Shown here: positions 1-10,639 of the stretch, piece by piece
How the letters are laid out: the number at the start of each line of letters is the position of its first letter
Position numbering within the stretch: the stretch's first letter is position 1
IMG/VR virus record: IMGVR_UViG_2939142107_000001
Location: 26,843 to 90,842 of that record
DNA from: a virus
Taxonomy: Duplodnaviria; Heunggongvirae; Uroviricota; Caudoviricetes
DNA length: 64,000 bases
Strand: one strand, 5' to 3'
Translations under genes and position numbers: made by a program
Notes under the pieces: model-generated
Databases searched by the model: none
What the model was told of the DNA's origin: nothing
The model's input: only the letters and a program-made list of their open reading frames with translations

Positions 1-2820
1 CTGCAAACAGCACGCACAATCGGCGGAGTGTCGTTCGATGGTAGTGCCAATATCGACCTGCCGGGCGTGAATAAAGCAGGTAATCAGAGCACTACCGGCA
101 ATGCTGCAACCGCTACGAAACTGCAAACAGCCCGCACAATCAACGGTGTTAAGTTTGATGGTTCTGCGAACATTTCGATACCAACAATTACGTCCAGAGG
201 GCGTGTTACTGCGCTCACCGATACAACACAAGGTGCTGCTACTGGATTGCAGATGTATGAGGCGTACAACAATAGCTACCCGACCGCGTATGGCAACGTA
301 TTGCACATGAAAGGTGCGAGTGCTGCTGGTGAGGGCGAGTTGCTTATTGGCTGGAGTGGTACGAGCGGTGCACATGCGCCGGTTTTCATTCGCTCCCGAA
401 GAGATCACACTGATGCGGCATGGTCAGCGTGGGCGCAGGTATATACATCAAGGGACTCCATTCCTGGTGTGAATGCCACTGGCAATCAGAATACAACTGG
501 CAATGCAGCAACTGCTACAAAACTACAGACGGCAAGAACTATCGGCGGAGTTAGCTTTGATGGTACTGCGAATATTAATTTACCTGGTGTTAACGTTGCG
601 GGTAATCAGAATACATCCGGTAACGCGGCTACAGCGACCAAGTTACAAACCGCTAGAACTATAAATGGGGTGTCGTTTGACGGTTCTAAAAACATTGAGC
701 TAACTCCAAGGTCTATAGGCACGATCAACTCAATAACAATGTCTTTTAGTGGTGGTGCTGGATGGTTCAAGCTGGCAACTGTAACCATGCCACAGGCCAG
801 TTCCGTGGTTTACATAAGCCTGATTGGTAGTTCTGGATATAATGTTAACTCCCCTATGCAGGCTGGTATATCTGAACTTGTTCTTCGTGCGGGAAATGGG
901 AATCCAAAAGGTCTTACTGGTGCGTTATGGCGACGGACATCGGTTGGATTTACTAATTTTGCATGGGTGAATACATCCGGTGATACCTATGATGTTTATG
1001 TTGAAATAGGTAATTTCGCCACGGGTGTAAATATCCAGTGGGATTATACCAGTAACGCCAGCGTAACGATTCATACATCACCATCTTATACAGCGAATAA
1101 ACCAACAGGCCTGACAGATGGAACTGTATATGTAATTTACAGTTCGCACATTAAACCGACCGCCACGGATGTCGGCGCATTACCAATAACCGGAGGAAAT
1201 CTCAACGGCGGTTTAACGGCTACTGGTGAGATCATTTCAAAATCGGCGAATGGTCTGCGTATTGCCTACGGAAACTACGGATTCTTTATCCGAAACGATG
1301 GTTCAAACACATATTTCATGTTGACCAATTCGGGTAACAGCCTGGGAACCTATAATAATTTAAGGCCGCTTATCATTAACAATGCCAATGGTACTGTTAC
1401 GATCGGTAATGGACTCAATGTTACTGGCGGCATCAATGGTAGTTTGAACGGTAATGCTGCAACTGCAACAAAACTGCAAACAGCACGCACAATAGGCGGA
1501 GTGTCATTCGATGGTAGTGCCAATATCGACCTGCCAGGTGTGAATAAAGCAGGTAATCAGAGCACTACTGGCAATGCTGCAACTGCAACAAAACTGCAAA
1601 CAGCACGCACAATCGGCGGAGTGTCGTTCGATGGTAGTGCCAATATCGACCTGCCGGGCGTGAATAAAACAGGTAATCAGAGCACTACCGGTAATGCAGC
1701 TACGGCTACCAAATTGCTAACAGCGCGTACCATTAATGGGGTTTCATTTGACGGTTCTGCGAATATTTCACTGTCACCAGCAAATATTGGTTGCCCGGCA
1801 TCTCCTACTGGTTGGTTAAAAACAGGTAATAACGGTGAGTCAATAACGACAGCTCAGTTAGTTACTTTGTTGCAAAATAATGGGGCATTCAATACGAAAG
1901 CATGGTTCGCTCGTTGTGCATGGTCGTATGCAACTAGTGCATCCATACCAGACAGTGAAACTGGTTGTGGCATTATTCCACTGGCGGGTGCTGTGATAGA
2001 AGTATTCAGCAATAATACCGACAATTACACTATTCGAATAACAACAGCCACGACGACAAGTGTCTCTGGTGCACTCACTAATGCGGAGTTTATCTATGTG
2101 TTTAACGTGTCTGGCAGCACAAGTTATTCACCTGGATGGCGCAGAGCGTATAACACTAAAAATAAACCTACTACTACTGACCTTGGCTTGAGCGATGAAA
2201 GTGGATACGTTGGGCGCCTGATAAGCACTAGGGTTTTCACGTCATCAGGTACGTACATCCCGACGCCAGGAACAAAACGGCTCAGGGTCACAATAACGGG
2301 CGGCGGTGGCGGAGGGGGCGGCTGCAAGGCTACATCCAATAATGAAACGTTTTTCGGTGCTGGCGGTGGGGCCGGTGGAACAATAATTTCAATAATGACC
2401 CCGACACAGAATAGTTATCCAGTCACTATCGGCGCAGGTGGGGCCGGTGGTGTTAGTGCGACGAACGGCACCAGGGGCGGGAATAGCGTATTCGCATCGT
2501 TAATTGCTCCTGGTGGCGCAGGCGGCGGGAAAGTGGGTGTTACAAACACAAACGGCGGTAACGGAGGTGTGCCGAGTACTGGCGATATCCGCATCACTGG
2601 TGGAGATGGAGGCGACGGTCAGTCCGGAAATATCAGCGTCAGCGGTGAAGGCGGAACATCGCACTGGGGCGGCGGTGGACGCGCAGGCGCTGGCGGTGGT
2701 GTTATCGGTAAAGCATATGGTTCAGGCGGAGGTGGCGCATACGATGCCGGTTATAGCGGAACCAGTATGACGGGCGGGAAAGGTGCTTCAGGGATTTGTA
2801 TTATCGAGGAGTTTGCATAA
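1..2820 (+). CDS. Tail fibre protein, 5' partial (reading frame open to window start); repeated phage tail-fibre motif and glycine-rich C-terminal domain
   Basis: 930-aa ORF in frame from nt 1; motif GNAATATKLQTARTIxGVSFDGSxNI recurs at least 7 times; C-terminus rich in GGGxGG runs; followed immediately by a Tfa-like gene. Confidence 0.85.
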   Translation: MQTARTIGGVSFDGSANIDLPGVNKAGNQSTTGNAATATKLQTARTINGVKFDGSANISIPTITSRGRVTALTDTTQGAATGLQMYEAYNNSYPTAYGNVLHMKGASAAGEGELLIGWSGTSGAHAPVFIRSRRDHTDAAWSAWAQVYTSRDSIPGVNATGNQNTTGNAATATKLQTARTIGGVSFDGTANINLPGVNVAGNQNTSGNAATATKLQTARTINGVSFDGSKNIELTPRSIGTINSITMSFSGGAGWFKLATVTMPQASSVVYISLIGSSGYNVNSPMQAGISELVLRAGNGNPKGLTGALWRRTSVGFTNFAWVNTSGDTYDVYVEIGNFATGVNIQWDYTSNASVTIHTSPSYTANKPTGLTDGTVYVIYSSHIKPTATDVGALPITGGNLNGGLTATGEIISKSANGLRIAYGNYGFFIRNDGSNTYFMLTNSGNSLGTYNNLRPLIINNANGTVTIGNGLNVTGGINGSLNGNAATATKLQTARTIGGVSFDGSANIDLPGVNKAGNQSTTGNAATATKLQTARTIGGVSFDGSANIDLPGVNKTGNQSTTGNAATATKLLTARTINGVSFDGSANISLSPANIGCPASPTGWLKTGNNGESITTAQLVTLLQNNGAFNTKAWFARCAWSYATSASIPDSETGCGIIPLAGAVIEVFSNNTDNYTIRITTATTTSVSGALTNAEFIYVFNVSGSTSYSPGWRRAYNTKNKPTTTDLGLSDESGYVGRLISTRVFTSSGTYIPTPGTKRLRVTITGGGGGGGGCKATSNNETFFGAGGGAGGTIISIMTPTQNSYPVTIGAGGAGGVSATNGTRGGNSVFASLIAPGGAGGGKVGVTNTNGGNGGVPSTGDIRITGGDGGDGQSGNISVSGEGGTSHWGGGGRAGAGGGVIGKAYGSGGGGAYDAGYSGTSMTGGKGASGICIIEEFA
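1474..1713 (+). repeat. Two tandem near-identical 120-bp in-frame direct repeats inside the tail-fibre gene; a third near-identical copy is at 1..~107
   Basis: ctgcaaacagcacgcacaat(a/c)ggcggagtgtc(a/g)ttcgatggtagtgccaatatcgacctgcc... seen at 1474 and 1594 and again at nt 1. Confidence 0.8.
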
Positions 2821-3230
2821 TGAATACGTCATATGCAGTTATTGAAAATGGGATGGTTGTGAATGTCATTGTCTGGGATGGCGAGGCTGAATTCACAGTG
2901 CCGGATAATCAGCAGCTCATTAATATTTCTGATATCAGTGAGCAGCCCGGAATCGGCTGGGTGTATTCAGACGGGGGATTTACTGCGCCACCCACTCCGG
3001 AACGTTCTCATGATGAACTGGTAGCTGACGCTGAACAGAAAAAAAAGTCGCTGATTGATACCGCAATGGCTTCCATTAGTCTTATTCAACTGAAATTACA
3101 GGCCGGACGGAATCTTACGCAGGCTGAAACCACCCGTCTTAACGCTGTGTTGGATTATATCGATGCGGTGACCGCAACGGATACCAGCACTGCACCAGAT
3201 GTCAATTGGCCAGCGTTCCCGGAGGCGTAG
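2820..3230 (+). CDS. Tail fibre assembly chaperone (Tfa/U-like)
   Basis: TAATG overlap with tail-fibre stop; N-terminal YAVIENGMVVNVIVWDG and C-terminal LNAVLDYIDAV...WPAFPE typical of Tfa proteins. Confidence 0.8.
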   Translation: MNTSYAVIENGMVVNVIVWDGEAEFTVPDNQQLINISDISEQPGIGWVYSDGGFTAPPTPERSHDELVADAEQKKKSLIDTAMASISLIQLKLQAGRNLTQAETTRLNAVLDYIDAVTATDTSTAPDVNWPAFPEA

Positions 3231-3648
3231 CCCATTAAAAAAATATCTGGAGCGCTGGAAGTAACGACTGGTTCCAGTGCATCCAGATAAGATGATTACT
3301 GTTCATGCTTCAAGAGCGAGCGCATACTGCATCCAGGCCAATCTAACTTTCATTCGACCAGAGTGTCACCTCTCAAAAGCATTTTTTAACTCTGGTCGTT
3401 CAGCCTTTTTGCCGCTCGCCTTATCCTCAAAAATTAGCTCACATCCTGCGCTTTCAAGGGCATTTCGTTGCTAAGCAGTGTTTTGTTCATTTGTTGATAC
3501 GCGTACATAGCCTATTAGCATATTTTCTACTCACTATCGTTATTTATAGCAAGCTGCGGATTTTGATTAACAGAAACCAGTGTGTGTGGAAATCACAAAG
3601 TGCATACCGTGCCCCAATGATGTTTTATTGAAAAGCGGGGGTACTTTA

Positions 3649-3930
3649 ATGTTTGATTTAACAATATTTTTTATAACCATCCTTGGAGGCGTGCATTCGT
3701 TTCTGAATGGGGTTCGTGAAAAACGTTACGAAGCGTCATGCAGGCAATTGATGGCCGAGTGTATTGCTGCCGTACTTGCAGGCTTTATAGGCATGTATTT
3801 CGCGGAATATAAGGGTATGGATGAAAGTCTTCAGAATTGCGTGACTATTATTTGCAGCATCAATAACAAGCTCATTCTTGAAAAGTCACAAAGGATTATC
3901 GATTCGTACCTCAATAGAAATGCCTCTTAA
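3649..3930 (+). CDS. Holin-like small membrane protein, paralog of the next gene
   Basis: ATG at 3649 after GCGGGGG; hydrophobic segments; pattern similarity to 3998..4327 product (ILGG..FL, AG..A, SINN/ASNN). Confidence 0.45.
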   Translation: MFDLTIFFITILGGVHSFLNGVREKRYEASCRQLMAECIAAVLAGFIGMYFAEYKGMDESLQNCVTIICSINNKLILEKSQRIIDSYLNRNAS

Positions 3931-3997
3931 GCAACAAATGACCGGTTGAGAAGTTACTTTGCATACCATTACCTCCTGACAACGTAGGAGGGAACTT

Positions 3998-4327
3998 GTG
4001 CTTGACACACAGGAATTAGCTCCAGTTGCTATTGCGTTCCTGCTTTCAGTAATTGGTGGGATAGGCACGTTCCTGATGGATGTCCGAGACGGTCGCCAGT
4101 CTGGCAATTTGTTGGGATTGGTTACGGAGATCTTTGTTGCAGTGACAGCTGGCGCGGTGGCGTACCTATTGGGGCAACACGAGGGCTGGGAGTTATCAAT
4201 TACGTACTTAATGGTAACGATAGCCAGCAATAACGGTCATGAGGTGATTTCAGGGATGAAACGAGTGAATATCGATAGCATTCTGAATGTTCTTACAAGT
4301 TTGGTGAAAAAGGGAGGCGGGAAATGA
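3998..4327 (+). CDS. lydA: Holin-like membrane protein (LydA-like by position)
   Basis: GTG start 8 nt after AGGAGG; 109 aa with TM segments; sits upstream of the hdf-darA operon; symbol by synteny and size only. Confidence 0.45.
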   Translation: MLDTQELAPVAIAFLLSVIGGIGTFLMDVRDGRQSGNLLGLVTEIFVAVTAGAVAYLLGQHEGWELSITYLMVTIASNNGHEVISGMKRVNIDSILNVLTSLVKKGGGK

Positions 4328-4767
4328 TTGGCTGGGGTGTATGCGTTCTTGCGTTAGCCTTAGCCGATCGCTGTTTGCTAAAACGCAAGGACATCACGCA
4401 TTTAGAACTTGGTGATGTGGAAATTAAACCGGGTTTCATCCGAGTGCCGTTCAAATACCGGTCTAAATTCCCGTTTTTGCGCGGCGCAACGGTCAGATAT
4501 TGGATCCGCGATGTTCAGAAGCCGACGACAGTGATTGAAGGCGAACAACGTTGTCTGACGTCGGCTGAACAGGGCGAAAACAGTGAATGGTTGTACATAC
4601 CCACTGAATATATGGGTATAGGAGATCGACTGTGGCATTTCAACGTCATGGTTACGCATGGCGACTCGTTCATTAACCCGTTGTATCGGATTTTCCCTGT
4701 TACTCAGCAAATCCGCAGAAGTTACGTAATAAATCTCGCACAGGATGTGTCAGATGACGAAAAATAA
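4324..4767 (+). CDS. lydB: LydB-like protein (antiholin position)
   Basis: ATG overlaps previous stop; 147 aa; assignment by synteny only. Confidence 0.4.
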   Translation: MIGWGVCVLALALADRCLLKRKDITHLELGDVEIKPGFIRVPFKYRSKFPFLRGATVRYWIRDVQKPTTVIEGEQRCLTSAEQGENSEWLYIPTEYMGIGDRLWHFNVMVTHGDSFINPLYRIFPVTQQIRRSYVINLAQDVSDDEK

Positions 4768-5356
4768 GTATGCAACGGTCGATTTTGACCAGGTTAATGA
4801 AAAGGGGCTGAAATCCCTTATCGCGGCGATCAATAAAACCGGGGTTACGGTAATTGAGGTTGACTCCAGCAACCGCGCAACAACGAAAGATGGCGTTAAA
4901 GTTAAAACCGCAAAGCTGGTTCTTAACGACGGACAAATTCTTGCCATACAGGTAAACGATACTGGCGATATATCGTCTGTGAAACTGAATGGAAAAGCTA
5001 TTCCTAACGCTCAGTCGCCGGATATCAAGACGCTTGGTACCGTCATGGGACAAGCGGCCCGCAAAAACTCCGCAAAATTCCAGAAATCACTGATCGCCAA
5101 AGCGAAGCGTGTTGCCAATCCGGTAGACAAGAAACCGGCAGTTAAATCCAACTTTCAGCGCCTGCAAGAAGCAAAACAGCGGAATGCTCAGGTGGTTGCC
5201 GCTTATAAGTCCGCGCAGAATTCGGTGTCTTTCAATCAACAGCAGATCACTGATTTGCGGGCGAAGCTGGATAAGGAGACGGGCCGACTCAATAACGAAA
5301 AGGCACGGAATGGCGAACTCAAACGTCGTCTTAAGCAACTGAAAGCAGGAAATTAA
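4754..5356 (+). CDS. hdf: Hdf-like protein
   Basis: AGGA 8 nt before ATG 4754; shares KNSAKFQ-containing segment with the downstream 639-aa protein; first gene of the dar-type operon. Confidence 0.55.
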   Translation: MTKNKYATVDFDQVNEKGLKSLIAAINKTGVTVIEVDSSNRATTKDGVKVKTAKLVLNDGQILAIQVNDTGDISSVKLNGKAIPNAQSPDIKTLGTVMGQAARKNSAKFQKSLIAKAKRVANPVDKKPAVKSNFQRLQEAKQRNAQVVAAYKSAQNSVSFNQQQITDLRAKLDKETGRLNNEKARNGELKRRLKQLKAGN

Positions 5357-5357
5357 C

Positions 5358-7277
5358 ATGGAACAGTTCAATATCAATAAAGGGGTGACGATCAAGCCCG
5401 GGCTTGACGTGCTTCCCCCGCCAGTGACTGATGATGAATATCGCGCATTAATGGCCGGTGAGGACCGCTATCTGATGACGGAATCCAATACCCTGGAGGA
5501 AATCGAGGCTACGTTCTTCTATGACACGCCGATCCACTGGTGTGCTACGGATTTACTGGAGGCGATTAGTTCTACTCGTTTGCAGTTACACCGGACCATG
5601 CAGGCATTTGTCCGGGCATTGAACCAGAAGCTGAATGGTACCGGAATCTCTGCGGGGAGTGATAAAACGGGGGATGTGGCCCAGAACGGTGCACGCGCGA
5701 TCGGCGGTGCTGAAATTGGCCGGGCACGTAACGTTAACGGGCTGCCGGTCCTGCCAGCCATTATTCCGCTCAGTGATGGTCAGACTATCAGCATTTTGTT
5801 TCATAGCCCGACAGCGGAAAACCGGATCACCAATAGCGATACGCTGGTTGCTTTCCAGTTCTTACTGAATAAAAAAGACGTTACTCACACCGTTGCTCCG
5901 ATGAGTGGACGTGATATGACGCTGGCGCAGGTCACCATGAAACTTGCCAACCTTGCAGAGAAAAACTCGGCAAAATTCCAGCGTGCGCAGAAGAAGAAAA
6001 AAGCCCTGGTTGATGAAATAACCCAACTACAGGCTGACAGTGACCAGAAAGAGGATGCCATGAGCGACCTCGCGGATCAGGTGGCAGCGGTAGAAGGCCA
6101 GAAGGCAGATCTGGAGCAGAAAATTAACGCGGTTGCTTCGGAAGCGGATTCTCTTTATCAAGAAAATGAGCGTTTGCAGGCGGAGATTGATCAGCTCAAT
6201 CGTACTGGTGGGCGCGATACCATTGCTCCAGCGGGGATGACTGGTGGGCACTCTCGCGCGCTAACGGATCGCCTTGCCAGTATCAAAAATCGTATGCATA
6301 TGGACGGGGAAGCGACGCTCAGTAATGGTGCATCAATGAAGCAATTCATTGGGGATGGCGAAGGGTATATCCAGTTAACCGATCCGGATGGCAGCGTATA
6401 CATGATCAAGGCTAAATCCATACAGGGTGTGGACATGGCAGATGCGATCGGCAAGCTGTTTAAAGCCTATAAAGCGGGTAATGTATCGGAATATTTGGTC
6501 CAGCCAGAAGAACATAAACCAGAAAACGTCGAACCTGAACCAGCGGAGGATACCGGTAGCTCTTCGCCTGAACCAGAAGTCTCTGTAGGTGCATATCGAT
6601 ATGCCCTGCAAATGCGTCCGGCGGCCCCTGGCGCGATACCTGAAGGTAACAAAGCAATTCTTCCGCGCCCTGATGAAGGTGACCCGTATTATGAATATGC
6701 ACGCTACGGCATTGCTACTTACGATACCCCGCTTTCTGATCAGCAAATGAGTGAGTACGACCTGAAGTTATTGCCTCGCGAGGATTCTTTCGACTTCCTG
6801 GCGAAGACACTTACTAATGGTCCGTTTGGCAAATATGCACAAAAAGCTCTGGAGCTAGCCACCAGCTCACCAGACGAGTTCCGCGTAATGCTGAAAACTC
6901 AGTTTCAAAAAACTTTCCCCAATATTGCGTTTCCAGGGGGCGCTGGCATCGAGAAAATGGTGCAGAGCATGATCAATGCATTGCAGGCCGAAGTCGGTGA
7001 GATTACTCAACCAGAACCGGTCCCGGCACAGCCTGATGAAACGGTTAGCGAAGCAGATGCAGAGGCTAATAAAGCCATTGAATATCTCAATAGCGTGATG
7101 GATATGCAAAGCACTGACATGGCGGAGATCCGTAACGCCCGGGGTAATGTCCGGGAAGCGATTGCAGCCCTTCAGGCTGCCGGGCGTTTTGAGGAAAACG
7201 AAGAGCTGGTTAATGGCGCAGCTCGCCACCTGGCTGATCTGCTGGTAGCAATCCAGAAAGCGGGGGTAGCGGCATGA
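5358..7277 (+). CDS. darA: DarA-like antirestriction / internal head protein
   Basis: 639 aa, size and operon position (hdf-darA-ddrA-ddrB) as recalled for P1; coiled-coil central region. Confidence 0.6.
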   Translation: MEQFNINKGVTIKPGLDVLPPPVTDDEYRALMAGEDRYLMTESNTLEEIEATFFYDTPIHWCATDLLEAISSTRLQLHRTMQAFVRALNQKLNGTGISAGSDKTGDVAQNGARAIGGAEIGRARNVNGLPVLPAIIPLSDGQTISILFHSPTAENRITNSDTLVAFQFLLNKKDVTHTVAPMSGRDMTLAQVTMKLANLAEKNSAKFQRAQKKKKALVDEITQLQADSDQKEDAMSDLADQVAAVEGQKADLEQKINAVASEADSLYQENERLQAEIDQLNRTGGRDTIAPAGMTGGHSRALTDRLASIKNRMHMDGEATLSNGASMKQFIGDGEGYIQLTDPDGSVYMIKAKSIQGVDMADAIGKLFKAYKAGNVSEYLVQPEEHKPENVEPEPAEDTGSSSPEPEVSVGAYRYALQMRPAAPGAIPEGNKAILPRPDEGDPYYEYARYGIATYDTPLSDQQMSEYDLKLLPREDSFDFLAKTLTNGPFGKYAQKALELATSSPDEFRVMLKTQFQKTFPNIAFPGGAGIEKMVQSMINALQAEVGEITQPEPVPAQPDETVSEADAEANKAIEYLNSVMDMQSTDMAEIRNARGNVREAIAALQAAGRFEENEELVNGAARHLADLLVAIQKAGVAA

Positions 7278-7639
7278 CACTATCAGCTATTGAGTTAATG
7301 GACCTCAGCGACAAGTTGGATTCTCTGATGTCCAAAGCTGCTACCGCGAGTGGCATGGAGTTGCTGGATATCAGCGATGAAATTGACCAGATCATGCAAC
7401 AGATGGGGTACGGCGCGTCCGGCGGCGGTAGTGGCGAGGAAAAACAACCTTCGGTACATGATGGTGTGCCAAAACTGGTTGCTGATTTCCTGGCTGATAA
7501 ATTCGTCGATCAGAGCACCGATGCATTTATCGGTACGTTGCAGGACTTGAGTCAATATGTTGGCACATACATCGATCTGGACCAGGTTAAACAGCACACG
7601 GCGGCATGGATAGCCGCCAACATTAAAGAGGCAGCATAA
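7274..7639 (+). CDS. ddrA: DdrA-like protein
   Basis: 121 aa, ATGA overlap with darA; synteny. Confidence 0.5.
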   Translation: MTLSAIELMDLSDKLDSLMSKAATASGMELLDISDEIDQIMQQMGYGASGGGSGEEKQPSVHDGVPKLVADFLADKFVDQSTDAFIGTLQDLSQYVGTYIDLDQVKQHTAAWIAANIKEAA

Positions 7640-7651
7640 GGCGTAACAGGG

Positions 7652-10639
7652 ATGAGCTTAAGCGATCAGGTGGTAATGGCCACCAGCATAGAAACGCTGA
7701 TCGAGCTGCTAAAAAACCTGCCCAATTACGGGCGGGTTTCGTATGTGGTGACAGCGAAGGGAGACGAGGTAAAAACAGCGTTTGATATCGTCGATGCCTC
7801 AGCTCTTTTGGTATCCAATACTCTGGACGGGAAAATTAACCCTGACTATCCCCAGGAACTTCAGCCGCGCGACCGGACCCGCGCATCCAATCTTCTTCAG
7901 GTCAACCAGATATCCAAGGATTTGCGTCCTGCCCAGCTTACCGATTCCGGTTTATCCAGCCATGGCGCGCCGATAATTGGTGAGGACAATGCCGTTGAGT
8001 CAGGTAATGGACGGACCATGGGGATCATCAAAGCCTATCAGGACGGCAATGCGGATCGGTATCGTGAGTACCTGATTGATCATGCGACCGAATTCGGCAT
8101 ACGACCTGAAAAGGTTGAATCAATGGCGGCTCCGGTACTGGTGCGCCGACGGTTAACTAAGGTTGACCGCGTTCAGTTTGCCAAGGACTCAAATATTTCT
8201 GATCTTCAGGAAATGGCAGCCAGTGAAAAGGCTTTTGTTGATGCTGACAGCATAACTCCGGCGATGATGGCGCTGTTTAACCCATCAGAAAGTGGAGATC
8301 TGCTTAGCCGCAGTAATGACGCGTTTATTCGCGGATTCATGACGCAAGTTGGTGCCACACAGGCTGCTGGCCTTGTAACGGAAGATGGGCGACCAACACG
8401 GCAACTTGTAGACCGTATACAAAACGCGATCTTTGCCAAGGCATATAAGGATGCGCGCCTGGTAAGGATGGTTGCAGAAGAACCTGATCCGGATATGCGT
8501 AATGTTCTGACGGCGCTTAATGCGGCAGCCAATGATTTTGTCCAGATGCAGGCTTTGTCAGGAGAAGCGCACAAGCAGGCTGTGACAACTATTGTTGATG
8601 GCATTGAGACAGCGGATAGCCTCGATAAAAAGGCGCTGGCGGCATTGAAAGATGCGGTAGACCTGGTAAGGCAATCGAAGGAGTCAGGCCAGCATATTAC
8701 CGATGTTATTGCTCAGGGGGATATGTTCAGCGAAACGGCCCCGGAAGTGAAAGCACTCGCGTTGTTTATCGTCGCGAATAACCGTAGCGCGAAGCGTATG
8801 GCCACCGCCTTTAAGTTGATGGCGCAACGTATCAATGATGAGTTACAGCACCAGGGCCAGGCGCTCGGGGATATGTTTGGCGGCGGCGATGTGTCGTTAC
8901 AGGATATCCTTCGCCAGGTGTCTCAGGAACTGGAAAACGAAGGCATGCAAGGGATATCCGGCGGTCTTTTCGAGTCCGTTTCCGGCGGTAGCTACAACGG
9001 TGTTGCTCCGTATACCAGTTTGCTATTACATCGGGCATCCGGCATCAAAGACATTATTCATCTGATCAGGCTGCTTTCCCGCACAGATCCCCAGGATGAA
9101 CAGCTTGTACAAGTGCTTGCGCATTTTGTTCGAATGCCTGTTGCCGACGTGAAAAAATGGTGCCGATTATTCGGTATCAGCAATTCGTTACTTCGCGGCT
9201 TGTTAAATCACGCATCCTCCCTTGGGCGCGATGGCTTTGATGAGATAGCGCAGGCGATAAAAAACGGAGATATGCCACCAGCTATTGACTGGTTTTCCAT
9301 TCGCCCAACCAGGGTGAAAGCATTCCTTAGCGCGGCGCATACGGCATCACCATTGGCAGAAATGGTTCAGAGGCTGTCGCTCATATTCACAGATCATACC
9401 GCGTTGGGTGATCTGACTCTTGACGAGATGAAAGAAGCATCCATTCAGTGGGCCGATCAACAAAATGAGGTTAACTCTGACTTCTTGCCAGCATTCAGGA
9501 AGGCCGTTAGTAAAGCGGATGATGCCCGTGGAATTCTGAAGGCATTTAAGGCATTGCAAAGTCGGGTTAATAAACATGTCGGTGATATCGATGGGGTAAC
9601 GGCGGAAGGCAGGGATATCCTTAAAGAGCACGGCATAACGCCAGAGTTTATTGATGAGATCAGGACTGATATGCAGCGTGAGGTCGTATCGTCCCTGCAA
9701 ATCGTAGCCAGAGCGTTGGCGGATGCTAATCCGAAGAGTGCGGCCATTGTTAACCAGGTTATTGGTGATATTGAAGCATCGGAGGGCATGGGGGCGCTGA
9801 AACTCTTCCTTTCGCGAGCGTTTAATCCTAACGGCAATATTCTCCCTGGCATTATTGGTGAGGCTAAAAAGTATGTCAGCGAAGAAGAACTTGAGCATCT
9901 TGACCAACTACTTAAGCGATTCTCATATAACCCGCAGACACGCTGGCAAATGAATCAGCGAAGTATGGGTTCGGTCCACGAGAAAGTGTTATCTGCCATG
10001 AACAGTGCGATCGCCAACTCATCCGTATCTGAAGAAAAAGCTCTTGAGTGGGCCGACTCTTTTATCACGGAAGAAGTGGAAGAAGCCCGCGCTGGACAGA
10101 ATGGTGGGATAAACCTGCGCAAGGAACTTGCTGATATTTATCGCCTGACTGGCGGGAAAATATCGACCTTATCAAAGGTGGTTCACCACCAGGGAAGGGC
10201 ATATGCAAATCTAAATGGTGTTGTTGCTGTCAATTTGAACGATGAAAATGCAAGAGCACTGTGGCACGAGCTGGGTCATCATCTTGAGTACAGTAACCCC
10301 GGTTTGTTAGAGAAAGCCCGGTCATTCCTGAAGGCCAATGTTGAAGGGGGTAAGCTATCTTTCGTCAATATCGGTGGGCGTGGCAAGCCTGAATGGTGCT
10401 TCAGATCTCGATTGAGTAATATTTATATGGCGAAGGTATACCCGCCAGTCTCAGTGAGTAACTCCGGGAAAATTCGGCAGAAATCACCGACTATTTCCAA
10501 AACGTCAGCAACGGAAGTATTCTCTATGGCTCTTCAGTTGTATCATGACAAAGAGGCCGCTGCCGCATCACTGATGAATGGTGACGGATTGCTGGAACTG
10601 TTATTAGGTGTGGCAAAGGAGCTAAATAATGCAGATTAA
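7652..10639 (+). CDS. ddrB: DdrB-like large protein
   Basis: 995 aa ORF following ddrA; synteny and size. Confidence 0.55.
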   Translation: MSLSDQVVMATSIETLIELLKNLPNYGRVSYVVTAKGDEVKTAFDIVDASALLVSNTLDGKINPDYPQELQPRDRTRASNLLQVNQISKDLRPAQLTDSGLSSHGAPIIGEDNAVESGNGRTMGIIKAYQDGNADRYREYLIDHATEFGIRPEKVESMAAPVLVRRRLTKVDRVQFAKDSNISDLQEMAASEKAFVDADSITPAMMALFNPSESGDLLSRSNDAFIRGFMTQVGATQAAGLVTEDGRPTRQLVDRIQNAIFAKAYKDARLVRMVAEEPDPDMRNVLTALNAAANDFVQMQALSGEAHKQAVTTIVDGIETADSLDKKALAALKDAVDLVRQSKESGQHITDVIAQGDMFSETAPEVKALALFIVANNRSAKRMATAFKLMAQRINDELQHQGQALGDMFGGGDVSLQDILRQVSQELENEGMQGISGGLFESVSGGSYNGVAPYTSLLLHRASGIKDIIHLIRLLSRTDPQDEQLVQVLAHFVRMPVADVKKWCRLFGISNSLLRGLLNHASSLGRDGFDEIAQAIKNGDMPPAIDWFSIRPTRVKAFLSAAHTASPLAEMVQRLSLIFTDHTALGDLTLDEMKEASIQWADQQNEVNSDFLPAFRKAVSKADDARGILKAFKALQSRVNKHVGDIDGVTAEGRDILKEHGITPEFIDEIRTDMQREVVSSLQIVARALADANPKSAAIVNQVIGDIEASEGMGALKLFLSRAFNPNGNILPGIIGEAKKYVSEEELEHLDQLLKRFSYNPQTRWQMNQRSMGSVHEKVLSAMNSAIANSSVSEEKALEWADSFITEEVEEARAGQNGGINLRKELADIYRLTGGKISTLSKVVHHQGRAYANLNGVVAVNLNDENARALWHELGHHLEYSNPGLLEKARSFLKANVEGGKLSFVNIGGRGKPEWCFRSRLSNIYMAKVYPPVSVSNSGKIRQKSPTISKTSATEVFSMALQLYHDKEAAAASLMNGDGLLELLLGVAKELNNAD

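Noticed and set aside
2281-2330. G-rich tract that looked like a slippery homopolymer (possible phase-variation site) in the tail-fibre gene
   Set aside because: The run is interrupted (ggcggcggtggcggagggggcggc) and simply encodes an in-frame poly-Gly stretch; no homopolymer of 8 or more.
3231-3648. Looked for a cin recombinase gene or cix-flanked inverted tail-fibre segment; also the 65-aa ORF at 3277..3474
   Set aside because: No recombinase-sized ORF and no inverted copy of fibre/Tfa sequence; the 65-aa ORF has no SD or motif and lies in a probable promoter region.
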